From the NCBI GenBank assembly GCA_002104945.1, contig MCFH01000174.1, positions 1-21,378 of the forward strand: a stretch of DNA of 21,378 nt, written 5' to 3'. This document shows, in pieces, positions 9,690 through 21,042 of this stretch. Each line of letters begins with the position of its first letter. The stretch's first letter is position 1. Below the pieces are notes generated by a model. The model worked only from the letters and a program-made list of their open reading frames with translations. It searched no databases and was not told the DNA's origin. The position numbers and the translations under genes are program-made. The stretch comes from Piromyces finnis finn. Its lineage: Eukaryota; Fungi; Neocallimastigomycota.

Positions 9690-12432
9690 TAAAGCTTAAA
9701 TCCTGGCTTGCAAAAATATAAAGCCTCTCTCGGATTATGCTGACATGGAAAATTACCTTAACCATTTTTTCATTTACCAAAACTTATGTAATACTATCAA
9801 AAAGGTTAAGAGTAAATTCAGATTCAATCTTTATAAAGCAAATATTGTCTCTATTGGTAAACACTTTATTGACAAAAGTTTTAAACAAGGTTGGAAAGGC
9901 CTTAAAAAAATTGCCAAACCAAGTTATTCATCCTCTCATTTTCCTATCATTAAGGACAAGAATGGTAAGGATTTATTTTCTCTGACAGAAAAACTAAAAC
10001 GGTGGGTTGAACATTATGAAAATATTTCATATGATGTTACAAATCATAGTTTAAATCGTGGCTATTGGGAAAGAGTCTTCTGTTTCAATCATATTAACCA
10101 GATAGCATGGGATATTAATAGCCCCATTTCTATTGGAGAAATTGGAAATACTGTTCTGTCAATGAAGAATAATAAGGCTCCAGGTCCCGATGGTGTCCCA
10201 ATTGAATTCTTCAAAGCTTTCTTTTTTAATTAAGAACTAGAAAAAGAACATAAGTCTGCGGGAAACTGTCTTAAATTAATTTTCAATAAAATTTGAAAAT
10301 GGTTCCTTTCCTTTGAAATGGAACTCTGCTTCCATTGTTTCTATTCCCAAAGAAAGGTGATCCTTCAGACTCTAATAATTATCATGCTCTCTAATGAATT
10401 TCCCATCAACCGTGGTATTTCTCTCATCAATGTAGGTCTTAAAAATCCTTTCAAAAATCGTAACTGATAGAATCTCCAAATATGCTTTTTCTCATAATTT
10501 TATCAGACCTGAGCAATTTGGTTTTCGTAATAAAGAAGAATGCATTAGCTTATTTATTTCCATTAGAGAAATCTGTTCAAAGAAGAAAGTTTAAAGGAAA
10601 AGTCATTTATGTTGCTTACCTTGACCTCAAAAAAGCATACGACTCAGTTCCTATTTTTAATATTCTTACAAAGTTATATAAATTAGGTATACGTGGTAAA
10701 TGCTTTGATTTTCTCAATAATCTCTATTCTCTACCTCAAAAGTTCGTGCACGTTTCTTGGATATGTTCTCTAATGAATTTCCTATCAACCGTGGTGTAAG
10801 ACAGGATGTCCTCTTTCCCCTATTCTATTTAATCTCTTCATCAACGATGTTTTAAATAAATGTGAAAAGCTTGGTGTTAGCTTAGGAAATAAACATTGCT
10901 GTGGTGGCCTTTTCGCTGATGACATTGTTCTGATTGCTCCGAACAAGAAGAATCTTCAAAAGATGCTTAATCTAGTACTCGATTGGGCTATTATAAATGA
11001 AATGTCTTTTGAAATAATTAAGTATGCAACTATTGTTGTTAAAGTCTATCAACTTTAATAGATCCCCTAGTAATATCAACCCAACATTTTACATCGGTAT
11101 GTACTCGATTCCAAAGGTTTCTTACTATACTTATCTTGGAATCCCATTCGACGAAGATCTTTCTCTGACTCCTATTCTGTCTAATATGTACAAAAAAGTT
11201 CAAAAATCTTTATTCTCTTTTAAGAGCTTTCTCACTAATAACTGTTGTTCCTATTGATTTAAAAAATATAGTCATTCATTCCTATATTTTAAGTAAAGTC
11301 TCTTATTATGCTCCATTCTTGGTTCCAACAAAAAATAGAACTCGCAGTGAGTCCAATCTCTTATCAATACTGCTGTTTATGGAGTGTCAATAGCTTTCAC
11401 AATAAAAGACTGAATAACAAAGATTTTGTTTTTGAACAAAATTCATTTATTAGCCTGTATGCTCTTACAAGGAATTTGAGGATTCCAACACTTTCAGGTA
11501 TTTGTGCTGCTGCGCAACAAGTGAAATGTTTTGTTAAATGGAGAAATCAGACTGTATTATTAAAGATCTCGTCCAATCTATTCCTTCCATGGCTCATTTC
11601 CTTTTGGGCCAAAGAATCTTGTTCACTTACATAAGAAACTTTTGAAAATTAATATTAAAGTACTAAAGACGTTAGAGAACATTATTGTATTAATAATAGC
11701 AGCCTAAATAATGGAAGTAAAGCCCTCAGATATACTAACAACAAATTCCTAAATTCAAATCGACTTTATGTATATCGGTCTCAACAAACTTCACTTAAAT
11801 TTAGGAATTAACTGAATTATTTGTATTTGATGTGGTTATGAAAACATACCAGAATTGCTATTGCCAGTAATAGAGTTACACCTTACTGCCCTCGTGTCTG
11901 TCCATGTTACGGATAGGATGAATAATCTTTTTATCATTGGATTTTAGAATGTCTTGCATTCTCTGAATACAAAACTTCTTCACTTGGCTTTCTTGACAAT
12001 CTTTTTACCCTTTTTCAAAATAAATACAATAATTTATTCATCACTTACTTACTCCCTGAAATGGAAGTAAGAAAAAACAATTTATACCTACATTTTTAGG
12101 TTCCTTCTTGGTGAAACTTTAGTTTAGGTTGAGTTACAAATCGATAAGGTGGACAAAGACATTTGAATGAACAGCTGTACAGTTCATCGGGGTCTCATGT
12201 TCCATAGGTAGAGAGTCTCGCGACTTTTCTTACTATAACAATCCCTATCATTAGTAGGTCAATGAAGCTACCTTTTGATAGGTTTAGTAAGACACTAACT
12301 CATCAAGAGCGCCGACGTCGTATCGATATGGCAAAGGAACATTTCTAATGTTCCATACGCAGGGTTCAATGTTTATATTCTTCGATTGGAAAACATTATG
12401 AGCTCATGGAAAGTTTAGTGGACACCATACTA
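9690..12432 (+). mobile_element. 5'-truncated, decayed non-LTR retrotransposon (LINE): reverse transcriptase plus C-terminal CCHC zinc knuckle
   Basis: Motifs across frames: KAPGPDG (~10174-10194), WNSASIVSIP-KGD-SDSNNYRGISL, EQFGFR, YLDLKKAYDSV, RGVRQGCPLSPILFNLFIND, FADD (10912-10923), YTYLGIPF, and a CX2CX8HX4C relic (11899-11952). The last stop is at 12346-12348. No endonuclease domain or ORF1 upstream. Many frameshifts and in-frame stops. The 5' boundary is approximate. Confidence 0.93.
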
Positions 12433-15034
12433 TCATACCTGATATTACTTTTCTTTTTTTATTTCACTTGGTGTGTTAGTTAGGGACCAATCCCACACAG
12501 TACAAATTGCAGAGTTCATTGAACTTTTACGCAACTTTAATAATTATTTTATTTTATTATATTTAATTTATATTATATATATTTTTATTATTTTTATTTA
12601 TCATTTATTATATCAATATGTATTATCACCTAATGTAATATTTCAAATAAATACAATAAGAAGTGTATTCTCTTCCTAGTCTAAAATAAAAATTAATTGT
12701 TATATTATTATTTAATAATTTTTTTGTTGTAATACTAAAGCTAATTCTTGAGTTCTATCTAAATCTATGTCTTGTCGGTAATTGTAAAATATAATTATTT
12801 TCATCATTACTTGTTGGATAACTTGATTGTACTGAATTTACGATATTTCCAAATATTTAAATAATAAAGTTAATTCATAAATAATTTTATTAATAAGGTG
12901 AACAAAAAGCATAGAGTAAAAGGTACATTGTAAATAGTACAGTACAATGATATAATGAGATGTAAAATAAAAAATAACTATCTCTAAAGTACTTAGACAC
13001 TACGTTTACATTACTTATAATATGTTTATGTTTTTAAAAGATAGACACGTATATTCATAAATATATGATATAGATAAATAAAAATATGTGTAAATAAAAG
13101 ATTCACAAAAATAAAAGTTTTACACCTTCATATACAATACAAATAGTGACTAGGTTTGAGTAATATTCTAAATTTAATACTTCCTTAAAATGAACTTGAC
13201 AGTGAATGTAATCATAATTTATACATATTTCTATAGAGAAATTAGTATAGTATAGTATATTCTTCTATTGAACTAACATTTCCTTTTTTATATTTTTTTG
13301 ATTATAAAAAAGGTAGTTAATGTAGTTAAACTTTATAAATAAATATTTATATATAGTTTTAGTATACTTGTTAAATAATAATGGATGATATACATTTAGT
13401 GGATAAAAGAAAGTAATAAATAATTCTAATTGTATAATCTTTTATTATTGTTGTTGTTGTTGTTGTTTCTTTTATTATTGTTATCTTTATTCTTATTCCT
13501 TTTTCTTATTTTTTCTTATTATTTAATATTTTCTTTAATTACAAAGTTTTACATATATATTTATTTATTTAATTTAAAAATTTCTATTTTTTATTTTTTT
13601 TTTTTTTGGAGGGTATAATTTAAACTTTATTAAATTTTTAGAGTTTCAATGATACAAAAATATTTTATAAATATTCTTAAAAACTTTAAAAAAATAATTA
13701 AAATATAACATGGAACATTACCAATATTTATAAAAAAAAATTGGAAATAGAATTATTAAATAATTTTATGAAAAACAGGTAAGAATCCTACCATGGTTTA
13801 TCAAAAAAAAAGAAATGAAATCCGCAAATGAACGGTTAAGAAGGATTATAATTCTTAAAAATATTTAATAATTTACTATAAATTTTATTATAGTTTCCTC
13901 TCTTTTTATGAAATCAACCTCTATTTCATTAATAAAATATTCATCTATTCTCTTCTCTTTTGATGAATATACTTTTATATAAAATATTCAGAAATTATAC
14001 ATAATTAAAAATTAAAAAAAATATAAAGTCTCCATTGTACTGTAAACAAAATAGTTATTTAAAATTAACAGAAAAGAATAAAAAATTAATTTTTTTTAAA
14101 GTTTTTAGGTGTTATTAATAGAGGTTTTGTAATTATGTCAACTTTATTAATGTAAATTAGGATAAGGAACTACTATTGTTACATCCTACTCAAATAAACA
14201 ACAAGTTTTTATTAAATATTATAAAATATTTTAGCTACATTAAAAATTTATAGATTATTAATATTTTTAATTATATTTTAAGTTTTTTTTTTTTTTTAAT
14301 GTCAAGTTGTAAAAAGAAAGAAAAAATGTAAAGAAATAAGTTGAATATTATTTTAAATTAAAACTTTATCATATATTCTTCACTGTTGTTATTATGATAA
14401 TATTTATAGATAAACTAAAAAAATATAAAAAAAAATATATATTTTAGCTAGTTAAGGTTTATTTCAAACAAAAATAATTTAATTACATCATTTAATATAA
14501 CAAAAAATACTTTAGAATTACGTTAATACACTCATCAAATTTTATTATAACTGAAAGAAAAAAAGAAATTTTCCTTATTTATTGTTCCTATATAAATTTT
14601 TCTTCTTTTCCTTCTTATTATAAAAATAATACTCATTATTTAAATAAAACATATATTAATAGAACTCTCTTTACTTTTTTACTCCCCAAATATTTAATGT
14701 GAATAATATCTATGAAATAGACAATTTAAATTTTTAATTAATACTATTTTAAAAATTTTTAAATTTTAACTTTAAAAAAGAAAAATAATAAAAAAAAATA
14801 TATATTTGGCTGAACTAGATTAAAAAAAAAGAGAGAGAGAGAATATATAAAGAGGATAATTTATTTTGAAATTTATATGTTTTAAAGGAACAATTAAATA
14901 TTAATTATTTATTGTATGATAAATTTATAATGGAATATAAAAAATATTAAATTATAAAGATAATAAAAAAAAAAAAAAAAGAAATAATTTTTATTTTCAC
15001 TTATTTATTTAATACTTTTTTATATATTATAAAA

Positions 15035-18000
15035 ATGAAATTTATTAAAAAGTTGATTTTTATTGCATCTCTTTGTAAATTAAAGGCTAAGGCTAATCAG
15101 GGTATTGTTGGTAATCTTGCTTTCTATGGTCGTGGGTCAAAGAGATCTTCCACGTTACTGGAGGGGATATGAAAAAATTAGAGGTTCCAATGATGTAATG
15201 GTATACTTCCCGTATGATAAGTCTTATGAAAGTGAAAATAATAATGCTTCTGATAAACCAATACCTACTGATATCATCGATAGTGCAAAAAATAGTCCAT
15301 TAGTTTTATATATGCCAGGAGCATCAGAAGGAAAATATTCTAATGTTAATTTTAGTTTATATAATGATGAAATAATTATTAACCTTGCAAATTTCCATAA
15401 AATAAAGTCTGAAATTAAATTAGTGGCTCCAAGTGCTAGTGAATTAATTTCAAAAGGTTATACTTGCGAAAGTCTTGGACTTACTTGTGCCAATTTAATG
15501 GATTATAATTTTGAAGCCAAGGCTAATGAATGGTTATCAAAGGTTGATTTAAGATTATACTTAGAATCTAAAGAAGCTAACTATGATAATACCTATAAAA
15601 TTGTTGATATATCAAAACCAACTAATAAATGGAGTGAATATGTTGGTAGTATTAACAAAGCTTCCTTAATCAACTCTGAATTAGTTTATACTGATTTTGT
15701 ATTTAGAAACTATGGTAAAATGCCAGTTTATATTTATATTGGTAATACCATTTTTTTAAAAAAAGATCCAACTGATATGGTTATAGAAGGTGCTACTCAA
15801 GATAATTTTAGCAATTGGAGTTGGCATCAAAATACAGTTAACAGGACACCTACTTACTACGGAGATTCTGTTTGTCCAGACGATCCGGAAAAAAAAGAAA
15901 TGTGTAAAAGTTTGGTTGCCGAAGAAGATGGTGATTTTGCTTATTATGTTCACATTGGAAAAACGGTATCTCTGCTCCACCAGAAGGTGTTTCTTTCAGT
16001 ATTCGTCCAATGAATGATAACAAATTTAAGTTCAAGATTGATAACAAAAAGGAATTCAATTTAACTTCAGATTATTTAATTCACAGAAATTGTAAAATCC
16101 CAATTGGTGAAGAAGTAAAGTCCTTGTTGATGTCCGTTCTTTAGTATATTCAGATCCAAAGTCAATGCTAACTAATGATATTTCTGGTTTTTATCTTCAA
16201 ACAATTTCTCCCATTTTAAGCATAAAGGAACAATTATTAGAGAAACAAGGTGAAAAAGCTTCCAAAATCTTATAAAAGAAGTCTTATATTTCTATAATTT
16301 TACTCTTCATCATACCTATCCAGAAAGATACTTCAATGTTCGTCAAGCAAAAAGTTATTTGAAGAGGGCAATGAATGTAATCTTAATCTGGAAACTCACA
16401 ACGATTGGGGTATTTCAGATAAAATTAATAAAGTCAATCCAATTATTCAATGGCCAGATGATCTTTCATTTGATACCATTTTCAACTCTAAAAATATTGT
16501 TGTTTTTAAATGATAACAACTTCAATTACGACAACGAAGAAGAAGAAGAAATAAAAAAGAAGAAGAAGAAGAAGTTAAATATTACTATATAATTTTACAA
16601 AGAACTTTAAGTTATCTTAGTTTTTATGATAAAAATGGAAACACCATTGGAAGAAGAGTGTTAACAGAACCATTATACAATAACAAGATCATGGATCAAA
16701 TTAAGGAATATTTAAATAATAATAATGATATTATTAAGAACATTGATGCTGTTGAAATTATCGGTGCTAATCATGCCGCATTTTTGATAAACAATAATAT
16801 TCAAATGTATGATTTATTTGAATATGGTGTTTATCCAATGGAATCACTTAAGGCTGAAACTAGTTTTAACTATGAAGTTGTACCTTCCATTGGACTAAAG
16901 AGCAACATACTAGCAGTACTGTAGAATGGAGTTCCAAATCTTACCTTTGGGGTGTAAGAAATCATAAAGATTCTGTTACCTATTCAGAAAGTGATTTCCA
17001 AAAGGATATCAATACTAATGCTTCTGATTCCCACAATTCAATGAATTTAATTGGAAATGTGATTATGATATAAGAAAGAAGAGATGTAATAATTTCGATC
17101 TTGTCAGAGAAAAATCCTATGATCTCGTTATTATGGGTTTAACCGAAATTACTATGATACCAGATTATTCAATTCAAGAATACATAAATTCAAGAGCGAA
17201 TCTAGTTTATATGATCCACAAATTATAAAAAAATTTAATGTTGAAAATCCAAACATGAAAGTACCATAAATGGTTCAATTCCACCATTGAAGAATTACGT
17301 AGCTTAAATAGAGAATGTGAAAATACTGAAAACGAAAGTGTGCATCATTCAATAGTTACCTATGAATGTGACCATTTAATAGATGAAGAATTAGTTCAAC
17401 CAAATTCTAAATTTATTTCTTCTATTATTCAAGGTAATTTATATAATTAATATAATGATTATATAAAAAAGTTTATTCCTTATTATATAACTCATATAAT
17501 AATAAATAAATTCATATTTTCCAAAAATTTAAAAAAAAAAAAAAAATTATTATTAATATAATATACTTAATATACAGATTTTTCTAAAGAATGTAAATTT
17601 ATAGAAAATTTATTGGGTGAAGAAGATTATTATTGTTGTGAACTTGAAGGAATTGAATGTGAAAAAGATGTTAAAAGTGGTGAAATGCATATTACAAAAA
17701 ATGTAAAAAAAAAAAAAAAAAATTCTATATATAATAACATTAACTATTTTTTTAATAAAATATGAGATTTTAATATCAAGATTTTTATAAAATATATATA
17801 ATGAAAAAAAATTAAACACAAAATAGAGATTTAAGTAGTAAAGGTTTAAGTGGACCCATACCCGAATCTATTGGGAATCTACCAAAATAACAAATTGGTA
17901 AATATTTATTATGATCTTATTAAAATAAATATAATTTAACTAATTAAAAATTAATTAATAAATAAAAAAATAAATAGATATTTAAATGACAATCAATTCG

Positions 18001-20244
18001 CTGGTCCAATTCCTGAATTCATTGGAAAATTAACTAATTAAAAGAATTGTAATTATTTATATTTATAATAATGGGATTAAAGTAAAAATAAAAAAAAACA
18101 AATTTCCACTAATTTACTATTGATATTAATAAATTAAATAGGAACTTAAGTAATAATCAACTGACTGGTCCCATTCCTGAATCTATTGGAAGTACATCCA
18201 TAATATATCCTTGTAATTATTTAAAATAACTTTTAAAAATAACTAACAAAATTGAAATAAAATAATTTTAATAATAATCCTTTTTTACCCAAACTTGTAA
18301 AAAATTTAATTATTAATAAATAGACGTTTAGAGAATAATATTTAAGTGGTATTATTCCTAATCCTCTCAAAGAAAAAACTTATCCGTAAAACTTTAGAAT
18401 CGTAATAATCTTTTTTTTTTTTAATAATATTTATTAATTTTATTAGATGCAACAAAAAAAAAAAAAATACCAATAGTTGCCTATAATTAAAAAAAATTTC
18501 AAATAAAATATTAATATATAATTAGATACGATTCAAAAAATAATTGCCTTGATTGTAGTGGAGTTGAAAAGTAAGAATATTTATAATTATTGAATTTTCT
18601 TTTTTTTTTTTTTTTTTTTTTTGAATAGATAAATTTATTAAATAATAATGAATTTTTTATACACATACTCATAGAGAATGTGGAGATCAACGTCCTAATG
18701 AGGAATGTCCAGTAATTTGTGAAGAATGTGGAAATATAGAAAGTTTATTAGGTGGAAAAGATGATTATTGTTGTATACGTGAAGGAATTGAATGTGAAAA
18801 AGATGTTGAAAGTGGTGAAATGCATATTACAAAAATGTAAAATATTTTATCGATATAAAAATAATTTAAGAATATTAATATTAATTTTTTTTATATTTTA
18901 TCATCATAAATAATAGAGATTTAAGTAGTAAAGGTTTAGCTGGAAGCATTCCTGAATCTATTGGAAATTTATCTAAATTAACAGAATTGTAAATATTTAA
19001 ATATTTATTAGTATTGAGTTTAAAATAGATTTTTAAAATGGAATTTAATTAATGAAATATATTTATAAATAAAATTTTTTTTCATAGAAATTTAAAAAAT
19101 AATTATTTAACCGGTGATATTCCAGAATCGATAAAAAATAAAATAAAGAATGATTTAAGGTAATATAAATAATTTTTTTTATAAGATAATGTTATAAATG
19201 ACTTTCAAAAATTCATATCAACTTTTTTTTTTATATATATTTTAAATAAACAAATTTTATTATTTTTTAACAATATCTATATTTAAATAAAAAAATTTTA
19301 TATTGCTGTATATTATAATTAGTTATGATTTAGGAAAATAATTGCCTTGATTGCAGTGGAGTTGAAAAGTAAGGAAAAATGAATTGTTATTTTCCAATTT
19401 GAAAATTTCATTGTTCATTTCTTTTTTTTTTTTAATAACTATTGTCATTTAATATTAATTTAAAAAAAAAATATATATATATATTATATATAATGTACAT
19501 TAATTAATAATAGATGTAATCAACGACCTGATAAAAATTGTGGTATTTATAATACAAATTATATAAAAGTTATTTAAATTGTTATTATTTAAAATTTTTT
19601 CTCTTTAGTAATATTATAATTTTATATATGCCTTTTTTTTTAATTAAATAATAATAACAATAATTAAGACTGTCAAATAAAAAATGGTTTATATTGTAAA
19701 GACAAAACCTATTACTTGGTGAAAACTGATAAAAATAATAATTATTTAATTCAAAAAGATCATACTATTCCAATTAGTCTCTTTTATTGTGAAGTTATTA
19801 ATGATATTATTGAGTGTAATAATAAAAGTAGGACTGGTTATTACATTAATAGTAAGGATGAAATCTATACCTGTGCTAAAGAAGGATGTACCGGTTATGA
19901 AAATACAGATGGAAAAATTGTATTCACTGATGATAAAATAAATATTCATTTAACAGATAAAATAATAACTAGTCTTGCATCACCTGAAACAAATTATCTT
20001 GCTGGACATGAAAGTATAGGTAGTATTTTTGGAACAAAAAGTACGAATGAAATGTCATTATAACTATTGATGAAAAGCTCCATCACCTTAAAATTCTGCT
20101 GTTAAATATATTTATATCAATCCATTAACTAATAAAGTATTAGAAAGAGAAGAATGTCCAAATGATGATTTTCTTGCAATTACAGAATACGAATGTAATG
20201 AAACAAGTCATATTTGTACCAAAACATTATTTAATGAAGTATAA
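15035..20244 (+). CDS. Large 13-exon, probably secreted modular protein: CBM29-like modules, two LRR modules and a scaffoldin-like C-terminus (many 1-bp frameshifts)
   Basis: ATG at 15035 gives MKFIKKLIFIASLCKLKAKA (signal-peptide-like); removing one G at 15134-15136 joins the 302-aa ORF. Inferred exons, all bounded by GT-AG introns: 15035-17433, 17578-17702, 17827-17897, 17978-18048, 18142-18212, 18324-18385, 18526-18570, 18675-18836, 18917-18988, 19088-19159, 19323-19368, 19514-19542, 19669-20244. Confidence 0.7.
15140..16320 (+). other. Two candidate CBM29-like / galactose-binding-fold modules in exon 1
   Basis: Module 2 has VIEG..NFSNWSW...YYG...VSFSIR...GFYLQ...LYFYNFTLH. Module 1 has EGKYSNVNFS...KWSEYVGSI...DFVFRN...IYIGNTIF. 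Both resemble, from memory, Piromyces CBM29 (DNWGW..YYG..EGKYGAVSL..RIDFQ..RIWIKNLVH). No search was run. Confidence 0.4.
17578..18570 (+). other. LRR module 1: Cys-rich N-cap, four LRR exons, C-cap
   Basis: Spliced translation: ECKFIENLLGEEDYYCCELEGIECEK...HITK / DLSSKGLSGPIPESIGNLP / YLNDNQFAGPIPEFIGKLTN / NLSNNQLTGPIPESIG / RLENN-LSGIIP / YDSKNNCLDCSGVE. This matches the LxLxxNxLxGxIPxxIGxL consensus. Confidence 0.88.
18675..19368 (+). other. LRR module 2: duplicate of module 1 with two LRR exons
   Basis: ECGNIESLLGGKDDYCCIREGIECEKDVESGEMHITKI / DLSSKGLAGSIPESIGNLSKLTEL / NLKNNYLTGDIPESIKNK / YDLG-NNCLDCSGVE. Both LRR exons are exactly 72 nt. Confidence 0.88.
19669..20244 (+). other. C-terminal Cys/Tyr-rich region resembling anaerobic-fungal scaffoldin-family repeats
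   Basis: NGLYCKDKTYYLV...LFYCEV..IIEC....TGYYINSKDEIYTC...NYLAG..SIFG...YIYINP.TNKV...EYEC...IC. The resemblance is recalled, not searched. Confidence 0.5.
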
Positions 20245-20567
20245 AATTGAAGAAAATACTTACTCATTTTGTAAATAAAATATATTGTACATATTTAATA
20301 ATTATTTATTTTATAATTTATGCTATTTTAATTGAAATTAATTTTACAAAAAGACTATTAAATAAAAACAAAATATATATAAAAAAAAAATTAGTAAAAT
20401 ATCAAAGTTTTGATTAGTGTAAATAAACTGAGTGATATATCCTTTTTTTTTTTTTTTTTACCATTAATTTTGATGTTTGTTGTTTTTTTTTTTTTTTTTT
20501 TTTAATACTTTTAAATTTACACTATAAAAATTTTAACTATTTAGTTTTAAAATAATTTTGAATTATG

Positions 20568-20719
20568 AGTAGTTCTATGAAGCTATTTTTTTTTTTTTTT
20601 TTGATCGGTTTATTAATACGTCCAGCATAATCGAGAGCGCTGACTGTCGTACCAATATTAATATTTCATTGGATTAAAACATTAAAGACTCATGGGAAAG
20701 TTTAGTGGATACCATACTA
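20568..20719 (+). mobile_element. Short diverged remnant of the same LINE family's 3' end
   Basis: AGTAGTTCTATGAAGCTA..TTGATCGGTTTA..GAGAGCGCTGACTGTCGTA aligns with 12253-12325. AAAACATTA..CTCATGGGAAAGTTTAGTGGATACCATACTA aligns with ~12389-12432. Confidence 0.8.
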
Positions 20720-21008
20720 ACAATTCATTAAAACGCTTCATTCATAAAAATAAAGAAAAAAAAATTTTTTATTTTTAAAAATTAAAATTGTTCAATTAAT
20801 TAAACGGTGAAAATGACCTTTTTCATTTGTAGTGATAGCAATGGGTAAAAATCTAAAAAAAAGATTGTTGTTAATTTTACTTACTAATAATAATAATTAA
20901 ATAAATATAAAATTACAAATTATTTTGCTTTTGAAAAGTGTGAAGGTATCAATGATAAATGATAAATAGGTTCATTACTTTTTTTTTTTTTTAATATGAA
21001 GATTTGTG

Positions 21009-21042
<34 letters not shown>

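Noticed and set aside
12409-12421. AGTTTAGTGG as a tRNA D-arm / Pol III A-box
   Set aside because: No B-box or cloverleaf is nearby; it is better explained as the LINE 3' motif.
13700-13860. Slightly GC-richer patch that might be a coding relic
   Set aside because: There are stops in the plausible frame and no recognisable motif.
15756-16059. Overlapping ORFs 15756-15980 (-), 15790-16017 (+), 15850-16059 (-) and 19746-19949 (-)
   Set aside because: They are shadow frames of the large modular gene.
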